The notes below the pieces were generated by a model. It was not told the DNA's origin. It saw nothing but the letters and a program-made list of their open reading frames with translations, and did not search any database. Source: Amoebidium appalachense (lineage: Eukaryota > Protista > Ichthyosporea). From it: a stretch of DNA of 64,000 nucleotides. Numbering within the stretch: position 1 is the first letter of the stretch; every line of letters starts with the position of its first letter. Both the position numbers and the translations under genes were made by a program. Of the stretch, positions 30,005 through 41,090 are shown in pieces. The stretch lies in the NCBI GenBank assembly GCA_963693365.1, contig CAVNZM010000007.1, positions 7,995,962-8,059,961 of the forward strand. The letters are read 5' to 3'.

Positions 30005-30686
30005 AATACAGAAACTGAGAAGCCGCCCAACAAGGTACTTGGAGACGGGGTCCGCGCTGTAACAAACCCTGATATTAAATACGGCACAGAGAAAGGAGCA
30101 CCAAGCGACTACCAGCAGACACAGGGCGCCTCCCCCCCCCCCCCCCCCCCCCCTCTCACTCTCCCCCCCCCCCCCCCCCCCCCCCCCCCTCCTCCTCTTT
30201 TCTTTTCCCTTGCCCCTCCCCCTTCCCCTTCCCCCCTCTCCCGACCTCTAGAAACAAACTATCAGCTTCTCCAGCCTCTCCCGTCCTCAACCCGCACACA
30301 CACAAACACTTAAATGCACACACGCGAACCCGACTCCATTCGTGGACTTGAACAAAGGGTCAAGGGTATGGGGACCCAATAAACACGCAGATACCCCCCC
30401 CCCCCCCCCCCTTTTTCTCCCCTCCCCCTTCCCCTCCCCCCCCCCCCCCCCACACACACACACACACACACAAACACACACACGCACACACAGTTCGCGC
30501 TCATCCCTGTCCCCTCCCCGTCTCTCAACGAGCACACAAAGCAACAAGGAACCAGGGGCTGACTGCTGGTGGGTGCTGGTAATGTGTGTGCATATGTGTA
30601 TGTGCATGACTGTGTGTGCATGCCCATGTGTGTTTTTGTGCATGTGAATGTGTGAATGTCTGTATGTACATGCCTGTATGTGCATG

Positions 30687-30777
<91 letters not shown>

Positions 30778-31454
30778 ATGTGAATGTGTGGATGTGTGTG
30801 CATGCCTGCGTGTACATGCCTGTGTGTGTTTGCGTGCATGTAAATGGGTGAATGTGTGTGCATGCCTTCGTGTGCATGCATGTGAGTGTGTGTGTGCATA
30901 TGAATTTGCGTGCAGGTGTGTGTGCATGTCTGTGCGTGCATGCATGTTTGTGTATGTGTGCATAATGTGTGTGTGTGTGTATGTATGTGTGTGTGTGTGT
31001 GTGTGTATGTGTGTGTGTGTGTGGTGTGTAATTTCTGGAAATAGAGAAGGGTGTTTGTTCGTGTTTGAAGGGGAGGGAGGGAGGGGGGGGGGGGGGGGGG
31101 GGGGGGAGGGGGGGCTGAGGGGAATGGAAGGAAGTATACATTACGAAGTTCAGAATTACAGATAGCGTATCGGCGACACACAAAAGTACACGACACGGGG
31201 GGGTGGGCAGGTGGGGGGGGGGGGGGGGTATGCATCATTGGCCGACAACTATGAAGCCAAAAACCTTAAAGGCCCACAAAGATAAAAATGCAAAAGGACG
31301 AACCCAAAATATGAAACCAGATAATACTTAGAAACAAAAAACATTAAAGCATACCGATATTGGTGCCCTCATTTTGGCTAATACCAAGGCTCAGTTTTGG
31401 TCGGTTAGCACGCCCCTTGGCCCCACCCTCGGACTCCCCCGGTGGTGCACTCAT
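22435..31454 (-). CDS. ATF2: ATF2/Atf1-like bZIP transcription factor, 11 exons, ~453 aa
   Basis: Manual exons on the - strand: 31454-31355, 30056-30010, 29438-29294, 28718-28664, 28198-28054, 27221-26972, 26428-26170, 25408-25319, 24539-24460, 23858-23782, 22549-22435. Phases are consistent except for one extra base in exon 6 (G8 run at 27065-27072). The basic region [21 protein letters not shown] and zipper ending [19 protein letters not shown] match ATF2 (RNRAAASRCRQKRK...LRNEVAQLKQLLLAHKDC). The N-terminal RTPSPSTLL...GLYN...NPFADSF matches the ATF2 activation domain, and the middle is P/Q/Y-rich. Exons 3-5 boundaries are the least certain. The symbol denotes family likeness, not proven orthology. 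Confidence 0.85.
24655..24800. repeat. Degenerate ~25-bp minisatellite within an ATF2-like intron
   Basis: GAGT(A/C)TCCC..ATACGAATA occurs three times in tandem (24689-24761), with partial TATCCCACATA copies on either side. Confidence 0.75.
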
Positions 31455-31576
31455 TCTCGTGAGTCAGAGAGTGGCTGGGAACCAATAATTTAAAACCCTG
31501 TGCAGAAAAGAAGGAAGGAAAAGAAGAAGAAGGCAAGAAAGAAAGAAAGAAAGGAGGGGGATAGGGAAAAGACGTG

Positions 31577-31608
<32 letters not shown>

Positions 31609-32895
31609 GAAGAAGGGAGAGGGGGGTAAGAGTTCCGGTGCGAAGCTTCCCAGATGTCAGTTCAGTCAATTTTTCTTTTCATCGGCAACCAGGGGACAAA
31701 GTGAAGACAAAAAAATGATCCCAAGGAAAGGGAAGGGAGCTGGTAGAAGGGGCCTAGAAGGGGTGAGGGGGAGGGAGGGAAGGGGGAGGGAGGGAAGGGG
31801 GAGGGGGGGAGGGGGTAGACTCGTTATAGGACAAGGGGGTTTGAAATAGGGGAAACGAATGAAGTATCGGTCATGCTTAATACAAAAGCCATCCACCGAA
31901 CAAAAGGCACCACAATGCATCTGCAGGTGTGCGTGTGGTGTGGTAGGGGCTCATGTGATTCTAGGTGGAGACGTGCATGACAGACACATACACAAAGAGG
32001 GAGTCGGTGGCTGCGCATGTGTGTGTTCGTATGTGTCTGTGTGGGCGTGCATTTGTGTTTGCTTGTGCATGAGCATATGTGCATGTGTATTTGTGTGCCC
32101 GTGCATTTGTGTTCATATTCGCCTGTGTGCCTGTGTGCATGCGCATGTGTGTCATATTGTGCCTGTGCTGTGCCATTGTAAATGCATTTTAGCGTCCTGA
32201 AGTGTTTGGACAAGAACACCCCCCCCCCCCCAAAAAAAAACGGCCCAAAAAGCTACGGTGCTTCTGTTGACGATGCAAACAGAAAGACGTGCAACATTCA
32301 GCATCCTCGGTTTTAAATGCATGAAAACAACAGCGTTCAACAAAAGCCGTGTGTGTGTGTGTGTGTGTGTGTAAAAACTCCCGGTAGGGGCGGGGGGGGG
32401 GGGGGGGGGGGGGGGGATGTGTTACAGAGTATAAAGTAAGCATTATAACGGCAACACAAGGCAAACTAAGCAAAGAGTACACAGAGAATATTTAACATAA
32501 GCCAGGGGAAGGGGAGGGGGGGGGGGGGGGGGGGGGGGGAGGGGTTATATTAGGCTTAGATGACCAGTCAAAACTAGACGAAAAGTCAAACCTAAGGCCC
32601 AGTGAGCAACATTTCGAAACCGAGGAATGTGTGCCCATGTGCGTGCGGATGCATTTGTATGTGCGCATATGGTTGAAGGTGTGTGTGGGGCACGTGTGGG
32701 TGTGTTTTCCTTCCCTTTCTCCCTTTACTTTTCGTCCTTTTCGTCTTTGTTGTAGAGCACTTCTTGTTCTTTTCTTTGTCGATTTTGTTGGCGCTTTTTA
32801 AAGAGTATTTTCGAATTATGCGTGTTTGATTGGAAAGAGAAGGAGAAAGAAAAAGGTGAAGTGAGCAGCATGCCTCACCTACGGATAGAAAAGAT

Positions 32896-32941
<46 letters not shown>

Positions 32942-33078
32942 GCATATGTTTGTGGGCTTGTGCATGTGAGGTATGGGAAACGGACAAAGGCGAGCAGTGG
33001 GCTAAAGTGGCTTCTGTCTTTTTCCCAGGTACATGCCTGTAACCAAGGCGTGCATGTGCGTGCGCGCGCGCGCGCGCG

Positions 33079-33138
<60 letters not shown>

Positions 33139-33157
33139 GTGTTCTTCCGTGCTTTCT

Positions 33158-33232
33158 CCTCAAGCGTGTATACATGGCCCTCCCTCAAGCGTGTATACAT
33201 GCCCCTCCCTCAGGCGTGTATACATGCCCCTC
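33158..33232. repeat. 25-bp tandem repeat x3
   Basis: CCTCA(A/G)GCGTGTATACATG(G/C)CCCTC repeated three times. Confidence 0.85.
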
Positions 33233-34742
33233 GCGGGGAGGGGGAGACGGGGCGGGGAGGAGGAGGGGGAGGAGGGCAATGAGAGGGTTGTAAATCAAAG
33301 CAGAGATCGATCTACAGGACACGACTGGGCAGCGCCGGGGGAAGGGGGGGGGGGGGGGGGGGGGGGGGGAGACGCAAGATATGGGGGAGAGTTGGGGGGG
33401 GGAGGGGGGGGGGGGGGGGGAGGGAGGGGGGGGAGGGGGGGGGGGAGAGGGGGGGGGGGGGGGGGGGGGGGTCACATATTGTGCGACTTCAATTCAGAAA
33501 CTTTTGAACAAACAACTTGTTTGATTGCGGAAACATATATGGAAGAAAACATCTGGAAAAATTGCAAACAGGCACTTTCTTAAGTATTTGTGTGTGCAAG
33601 CTTCAGAACACACGCCCAAGCCAACCAGGGGGGGGGGAAGGGGTTGAAAAGGAAAGTTTTTCCTGTGTGCAGTTCTACACTGCCTATACCTTAGATAGGT
33701 ATCTAATAGGAGACGCGGGACAGAAGTGACCCAAGGAAACAAGTCGGACAACGAGAATGAACTAAAACCTTTTTCTGAAAAGAACCTTGGATGGATAAAC
33801 AGAACACGACGTGCCTTTTGCTATTAAGCAGCAAAAGTCATGGGGAACAACAAGAAACGGAATAAACAAGTTTGCACACCCCAAGCTCTTAAGATCCAAG
33901 GTGTAAAACACACCGGTGTTCACAAACCCCCACAAAAGATCAGACAAGTAGCAAGTAGCAAATGCAACATCAAACGCATAGATACCACGCGCTTCAACAG
34001 AAACACAAAAGCACGCACACCAGGGCACACACGCACAGCGCCACACACACAATATATATGTACATCTGCATAGAGAGTTTGGACTCTAGTATAACAGAAC
34101 GCAAACATATCAAGCAACGTGCAAGAATTTATTGCGAACACCCCGTTAGTATGTGGGATCTTACCTGAATTCTGAGGAAAACTAATACCCCGGGCTCCGG
34201 TTAAATATGTGTATAGGATAAGAGAGTACTTGGCCTAATCGTGATGTTATAGAGGCTTTTTTTGGGTTGGTTATTCGAGGCTGATTGTATGGTGTCCTGT
34301 AATGCAAGGTTCTTGAATGGGAGAAAACCAGGGCTCAAAGACCTCTTGTGAGAGTAGCTACATAATAGCAATGTGCAGATACAAAACAACTGAACGCTTA
34401 AATAGGTTCTATGAATGTGATGGAGAGGCAACGAGAGTCCGACCTAAAGGATGTGGCTCGAAATTGTTAGGCCAAAATTCACTAACGAGATGCGAGTACT
34501 AGGAACACCTTTCACCAGAAAAAACAGGCACGGATGTCAAAACTGCTGAAAGTTTTGTATTCTAATAACAACCAAACGTATTTTCTAGCTATCATGCAAA
34601 GTAAAAAAGACCATTTCAGCACATTCCCCCTCTCAGGACAACATCGTTTCTCGTTTCTCGCAGCACTTCTCAGCGTTGTACAACCGCCGGGAGCGGTGAT
34701 CTTTTTGACGGCATGATGTCGCTGCCTTTACATCATAGCTAA

Positions 34743-34823
34743 CCAATAGGAAATAGGCATTGGTAAGCCCCGAGATTTATTCATTTATTTTGATTGGATT
34801 TACCTTTTTCAGCAGTGACGTCA
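34743..34823 (-). promoter_or_regulatory. Putative promoter of the ATF2-like gene: three CCAAT boxes and a perfect CRE
   Basis: CCAAT 34743-34747, ATTGG 34759-34763 and 34793-34797, TGACGTCA 34816-34823. An acceptor (GCACAG, AG at 31499-31498) 43 nt before the ATG suggests a 5'UTR intron, which would explain the 3.3 kb distance. Confidence 0.5.
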
Positions 34824-35584
34824 GTGATTGCAATACTCAGTGGCGCCATGGCCTGGCGACACTTGCCTCAGTCAGGACTTGGAGTCTGACCCCGAAGCCT
34901 TCCAAGTTTTTCTTTTCTTTTCTTTTCCTTTTTTTTTTTTTTTTTTGTTTTTTTTGGATTCCCCTCCCGGTATGATGATGGCAACTAAGCTTTTTATTAG
35001 ACACATAGGGCCGGGTTTTCGCGTATTATTTGCCTGTGCATGGCCGGCGCCGTAGTACTGCATTTCGGCGAGATCCGACACTGGACACTGATAAACGCGG
35101 CTAGCTCCGGGGGCATGCCTGCAGAGTCATGATCAGTAAGTTGTTGTTTCCAAAAAATTGCAGGTTTGGGCAAAAGACCACCGATGTTCAATTTACCATC
35201 CCTCACCCCCCCGTATGGTGTGGGTGTGCGTGTATGTGCGTGTGTCTGTGTACATGTGTGCGCGCGTGTGACACTGTGCGGGTGTGTATGTTCGGGGTGT
35301 CGGATGAGTGTGGGTTATAATGATTATGATAATGCCTGTACACGTGTGTATGCGCGCGCCACTTCGTATGACTGTGTCACAGTGTAGGTGTGCCACTGTA
35401 CGGTGTGTGTGTGTGTGTTTGTTGGTGTGTACGTGTGTGTGTGTGCGTGTGTCTGTGTTTGTGTGTGTGTGTGTGTGCGTGTGTGTGTGTGTGTGAGCGT
35501 GTGCGTGCATGCGTGTGTGCGTGTGTGCGTGTGTGCGTGTGCATGTATGTGTGTGCGTGCGCGTGTTTGTGTGTGTGTGTGTGT

Positions 35585-35622
<38 letters not shown>

Positions 35623-35799
35623 GTGTGTGTACATGTGTGTGCACGTGTGTGTGTGTGTACGTGTGTATGACAGTGTCACGGCGTGTGACAGTGTGAACTG
35701 GTGTGTGCGGCTGTCGCGGTGGTGTGTGTGTGTTAGTGGTTAATTTACAGTAATGACCATTTTACAGCTGGCAAGAGACCCTGAGAGGGGAGGGGAGAA

Positions 35800-35850
<51 letters not shown>

Positions 35851-35855
<5 letters not shown>

Positions 35856-36458
35856 ACCACATCGGCTGAGTCAACTTGCTCCAAGCAGAATTCTGCAAAA
35901 CGCAGGCGCATTTAGTTGTATCTACAAAAAGCAGTATTCTGCTAAAAAGAACTATTCTGCAAAACTTTTGCAGAATTATTCTGCTAAAAGCAGAGTTATT
36001 TTGCACACAGCAGAATTACTCTGCTAAAAGCAGCCATAGTATTCTGGTAAAAGCAAAATTATTCTGGTAAAAGCAGAATATTTCTGCGTCAAAAGCAGAA
36101 TAATTCTGCTTTTTGCACGGTAATTCCTGCTAAAAGCAGAATAAATGTGCTAAAAGCAGCCATAGTAATCTGGTAAAAGCAGAATTACTCTGGTGAAAGC
36201 AGAATTATTCTGCGTCGAAAGCAGAATAATTCTGCTTTTGCGTAGTAATTCTGCTAAACGCATAATAACTCTGTTGAACGCATAATAACTCTGCTTAAAG
36301 CAGACCTAGAGTGTTTAGGCTTTTGCAGAATAATTCTGCCTTTTTTGCCGAATAAATCTGCTTTTTGCAGAATATTTCTGCTTTTCACAGAATAACTCCG
36401 CTTTGTGCAGAATAATTTACTCTTTGCAAGTTGACTCTGCCAATGTGATTAAGCCCTG
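35851..36458. mobile_element. Non-autonomous TIR element (hAT-like ends) filled with palindromic GCAGAATWATTCTGC repeats
   Basis: Left AACCACATCGGCTGAGTCAACTTGC (35855-35879) and right AATCACATTGGCAGAGTCAACTTGC on the - strand (36426-36450) match at 22/25. The right end extends to CAGGGCTT (36458). The interior is many variants of AAAAGCAGAATWATTCTGC. The target duplication is obscured by flanking G-runs. Confidence 0.7.
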
Positions 36459-36766
36459 GGGGTGGGGGGGGTGGGAGGGAGGGGGAGAGAGAGGGGGGGG
36501 GGGGGGGGAGTGTTGGGGGGAGGGGAGGGGGGGGGGGGGGGGGGGGGGGCAGAGAAAGTGGGAAAGAGAAAGCGAAAGAGAGCGCGAGAGGGAGAGACGG
36601 AGGAACAGAGGGAGGGAGGAACAGAGGGAGGAAGGAAGAGAGAGAGATCTAGATTCTCGGACTGAAAGAGAAGAGAGGGAGAGAAAAAGAGAGTTAAGGG
36701 CTGGGGCTTGGAGGGAGAGAGAAAGCGAGAGAAGGAGAGGGAGAAAGGGGGGGGAGGGGGTGGGAG

Positions 36767-36895
<129 letters not shown>

Positions 36896-36924
36896 ATCGG
36901 TTAGAGAGGGGGAGGGGGGGGGAA

Positions 36925-37013
<89 letters not shown>

Positions 37014-37536
37014 AGAGAGGAGGGAGGGAGGAAGGGAGGGGGAGGAAGGGGGGGGGGGGGGGGGGGGTTCTTTGTTACAGTATAGTATGTGTGTGGTAGG
37101 AGTGAGCGTGTGTCTGGTTGTGTCTTTCTGTCTGTTACTGCCCGTGTCAGTGTGTGGTGTAGGTTGTGTTTGAGTGTTGGGTTGAGTATTGTAATTCCCT
37201 GCTTGACCGTGTTTCCGCCAGTCGGGAACGTATTTATCTGCCTTGTTTGAGATGTGAACTATATAAACTCATTGTCGGTTTGTCGGATCCTTTTGTGTAG
37301 CACACACTGTGCAGGATGTGGATGATTTCACGCAGCCAACCTGTTAATCTCACATGTCACCAATTCAAATGATTCACAATGACAGTCGACACACGGTAAG
37401 CTCTATTCTAGAAATGTGTTGCTGATACCGGTCGGTTCGTGTGTGCATATAAGTGTGTGTAGAGCCTATGAGTCGAATTTTCAGTTTTCCGTTTCAAAGT
37501 AATGCAAGATTTTTTTTGTTAGTTTTTTTTTTTTTT

Positions 37537-37567
<31 letters not shown>

Positions 37568-38159
37568 GGGGGGGTAGTGTACGACTGGACTCGGAGCCAG
37601 GTAGGGCCTACAATAAGGGCAAAAAGGGGAAAGGGGGTTTTTACGTGATCTTGTTCAGGCTGGATGCTGTTACAGTGTTGGCGATGCACGTGTTTGCCCA
37701 GATGGAAGGGGTGAGTGGGTGGGTGGGTGCCACCGTGTGGGCGGGGGGAATGGGGCTGGGGGGGGGGGGGGGGGGGGGGGGGAGGGGGGGGGGGGGGAGG
37801 GGGGGGAGGGGGGGGGGGGATAGCGAAGGGGAAGGGGGCGGGGGGGGGGGGGGGGGGGGGAGAGAGAGAGAGAGAGAGAGAGAGAGCGTGTGTGTGTGTG
37901 TTGTGTGTGTGTGTGTGTGTGTGTTACATGCAAGTAAAGGAAAAGAGAGAGACACTAGGCTTCGCCGAGACGGTGACTGATCGAAGGCAATATGATATGA
38001 AGAAGAAAGGCAAAGAGAAAGCGAGATCATCAGCTACGTTTTTGTTTTGTTTTATTTAACTTTATGCCGCTTTGTTCTGGGGGACCGCAATAACCTCTTA
38101 GGGTCCTCTCATAAAAAAACTACCTTAACGGTTTTTGCTGTACCCTAATATATAGTTAG

Positions 38160-38227
38160 AGGGGTCACCCGCAAGTGTCGCATATTCATATATATTCATA
38201 TATGTTTACCGGTTGCGGGTGACCCCT
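38160..38227. mobile_element. 68-bp mini inverted-repeat element with a 5-bp flanking direct repeat
   Basis: Perfect 15-bp inverted repeat AGGGGTCACCCGCAA (38160-38174) / TTGCGGGTGACCCCT (38213-38227). GTTAG directly flanks both ends (38155-38159, 38228-38232). Confidence 0.6.
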
Positions 38228-38587
38228 GTTAGGGTTCCATATTGTGCATGCAGCTAAGCTAATAAAACCCCGTCAACTCTAACAGTAGTACACGCTAGGC
38301 ACCGGTGCTGTTTTTGCCCCAGCTTAGTCTAGTGGGGAAGACATTGGAGACCGTCGGCGGTAAGTCATGTCACCAAGATCACGAGGTTCTCTCACTGAAA
38401 ATAGGCAGAGTAAGTGTGTGTTTCACAGGTTCGCACCTGTGTTAATGCGCGTAGAGATGCGCCCCTAGTGCTACGGCCATGCTATGAGCATATATGCTGC
38501 ACTCAAAATCAATGACATGCCATTTGTTTTTGAAACTTTGTGTGTTTATGTGGTGTAGTTGGCGTAATTTTGGTAGGTTTCAACATG

Positions 38588-39194
38588 ATGTACCTCAGTC
38601 TTTGAAAACGTTAGGGGGGGAGGCTGCGTAGAACTTCAAGGCCCCTAGGGGCCCAGGAAGAGGAGGGGGGAGCCTCTGGGGGATGGGCGGGGATGGGGGG
38701 GGGGGGGAGGGGGGAGGGGGGGGGGGTACAGGCCTAGGGGGAGGTGGGGTTGGGGGAAAATAAAAGTGGAGGGGGGGAAGGGGGGGGGGGGGGGGGGGGG
38801 AGACGTAGTCACCGCCGGGTACCTGTAATGTTGATGTCCGTTCAGCCCCTCACAGTGTGGCTGTTCACCCCCGTAAAATGTGAGCCCTCATCATACATAA
38901 TGTACCTCAGTCTGTGAAAACGTTAGGGGGGGAGGCTGCGTAGAAGGCCCCTAGGGACCCGGGGAGAGGAGGGGGGAGCCTCTGGGGGATGGGCGGGAAT
39001 GGGGGGGGGGGGGGGGGGGGGGGGGGGGGTACAGGCCTAGGGGGAGGTGGGGTTAGGAGAAATCAGTGGAGGGGGGGAAGGGGGGGGAGGGGGGGGAGGG
39101 GGGGAGCTCGAGGTAGTGGGTACCTGTAATGTTGATGTCCGGTCAGCCCCTCACAGTGTGGCTGTTTACCCCGTAAAATGTGAACCCTCATCAT
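38588..39194. repeat. Tandem duplication of a ~300-bp G-rich unit
   Basis: Copy 1 at 38588-38894, copy 2 at 38900-39194. Both begin ATGTACCTCAGTCT.TGAAAACGTTAGGGGGGGAGGCTGCGTAGAA and end CCCGTAAAATGTGA.CCCTCATCAT. Confidence 0.9.
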
Positions 39195-39437
39195 GTCAAA
39201 GTCATTGCGTGGTACCCCGGCAACGGCTCAACGGCCATTGTTAAATTTATGTTCAGACTGAGTGACTCATCTCAGTTTCTTCTTTAATGCAATCTGGCAG
39301 AGATCAGTGCATGCAGGTGACAGTGTACGGGTGGGTGCCATTGCCAGTGCGGGAGTGCATGCCGTGATCTATATGTGGGCAGCCTATATTGGTATGGATG
39401 GTGACGGTTGAGTTACTGAGAGTGCCGTACGCGCGCG

Positions 39438-39784
<347 letters not shown>

Positions 39785-40065
39785 AGTTTATGACATTGTG
39801 TGTGAAGTTTGCAAACACATGTACAAATGTACAAGGCTCACGGCCCGGCGGAGTTCTCTGAGAGCCCGTGTGAACCGTTGTGCATCAGTTGTCAGCGCGC
39901 CTCTTGTGTACATCTACATGGTAAGTGCGTGATGTGTGTTCGGAATGTGTGACCACCAACTTCTTATGGGTTCCGCACTATAGTATACCTAGAGTTATGG
40001 CACCGTCAGTGAACGGCTGTAATCATCATCATGCATGATGAGCCTGCAGTATACGGGCATTTCAC

Positions 40066-40570
40066 ACCACTCATGATGCAGAGAGACATGTACTCTGAGA
40101 GACGCACAAGTAACGCAGCGGCCTCCGCGGCGAGTCTGAGCGGAGGCCATGGCGCCAGGCCAGGCCTGCAATGCCAAAGGTACCGGAGTACAGTAGCTAC
40201 CATTGGCAAGCAAACTGAGGTGGAAATCGATTCAGATAAGAGTTACATACGGACGAAGAAGTGTGGAAAAAAGTTCTCACAGCAACAGAGCTTTTTACAC
40301 GACTCATGATGCAGAGAGACATGTAGCCTACTGTGAAAGACACACAAATTAAACGCAAGAGGACCTGGTACGTCTGCAGTTCTCGAACGACTAAACCTAC
40401 TAGTATTGTGGGCCATGGGGCCTGCATGCATCCAAAGGTGGAGTACACTACCAAGAAAAGTGATACAAGGCGGATATCGATTCAGATGCAACACATTCAG
40501 TGACAAGATACTATGACGAAAAATTGTGTTCTCACAGCAACAGATCTAGAGCTTCAACACCGGACATGTA
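40066..40570. repeat. Older diverged tandem duplication, unit ~230-260 bp
   Basis: Colinear shared blocks ACTCATGATGCAGAGAGACATGTA, GGCCATGG, CCAAAGGT..GGAGTACA, ATCGATTCAGAT and GTTCTCACAGCAACAGA each occur twice. Confidence 0.8.
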
Positions 40571-41056
40571 GCGGACGCAAGGATTCGTTATTTCAGTGTA
40601 CCTGTGGTGCGGGGGCACCCGGCTGCCCGGTGGTAACTGACTGAAGGTGTCCCACACAGCTGCAGCCGCTCGGAACCTCGCCTTCTCTCTGTCAAATTGC
40701 TAATAACCTTGCCCTATTCACGCTTTATTAGGGAATTTCTGTGACACAAAACAGTGTAAACACGTTTGCATAATTGATGAAAGAATGGTGCCCGCAATGC
40801 GTGACTTGGCCAACTATTCACGCCAGCCGTCGCCCTTTAGTCCAACCAATCAAATCAAAGATGATAAAGGCACTCTAACCAATTATAACCTTCCACTCCA
40901 GTGTGGCTGAGTGTGCTGTCCACGCCACATTCCTAAGGAAATATTTTAGCACGACTAAGAACGACATTTCCGCGGATCATTGGTGCGGTATATTATCCCC
41001 TTTCCTCGTGTACATGATCATAGAGGAAGCTCTATGCAAGAATCATATATATATAT

Positions 41057-41090
<34 letters not shown>

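Noticed and set aside
35880-36420. CRISPR-like array of palindromic repeats
   Set aside because: No unique spacers, degenerate abutting units, a eukaryotic context and no cas genes.
38098-38234. TTAGGG/CCCTAA hexamers as interstitial telomere
   Set aside because: Isolated single copies, not a tandem array.
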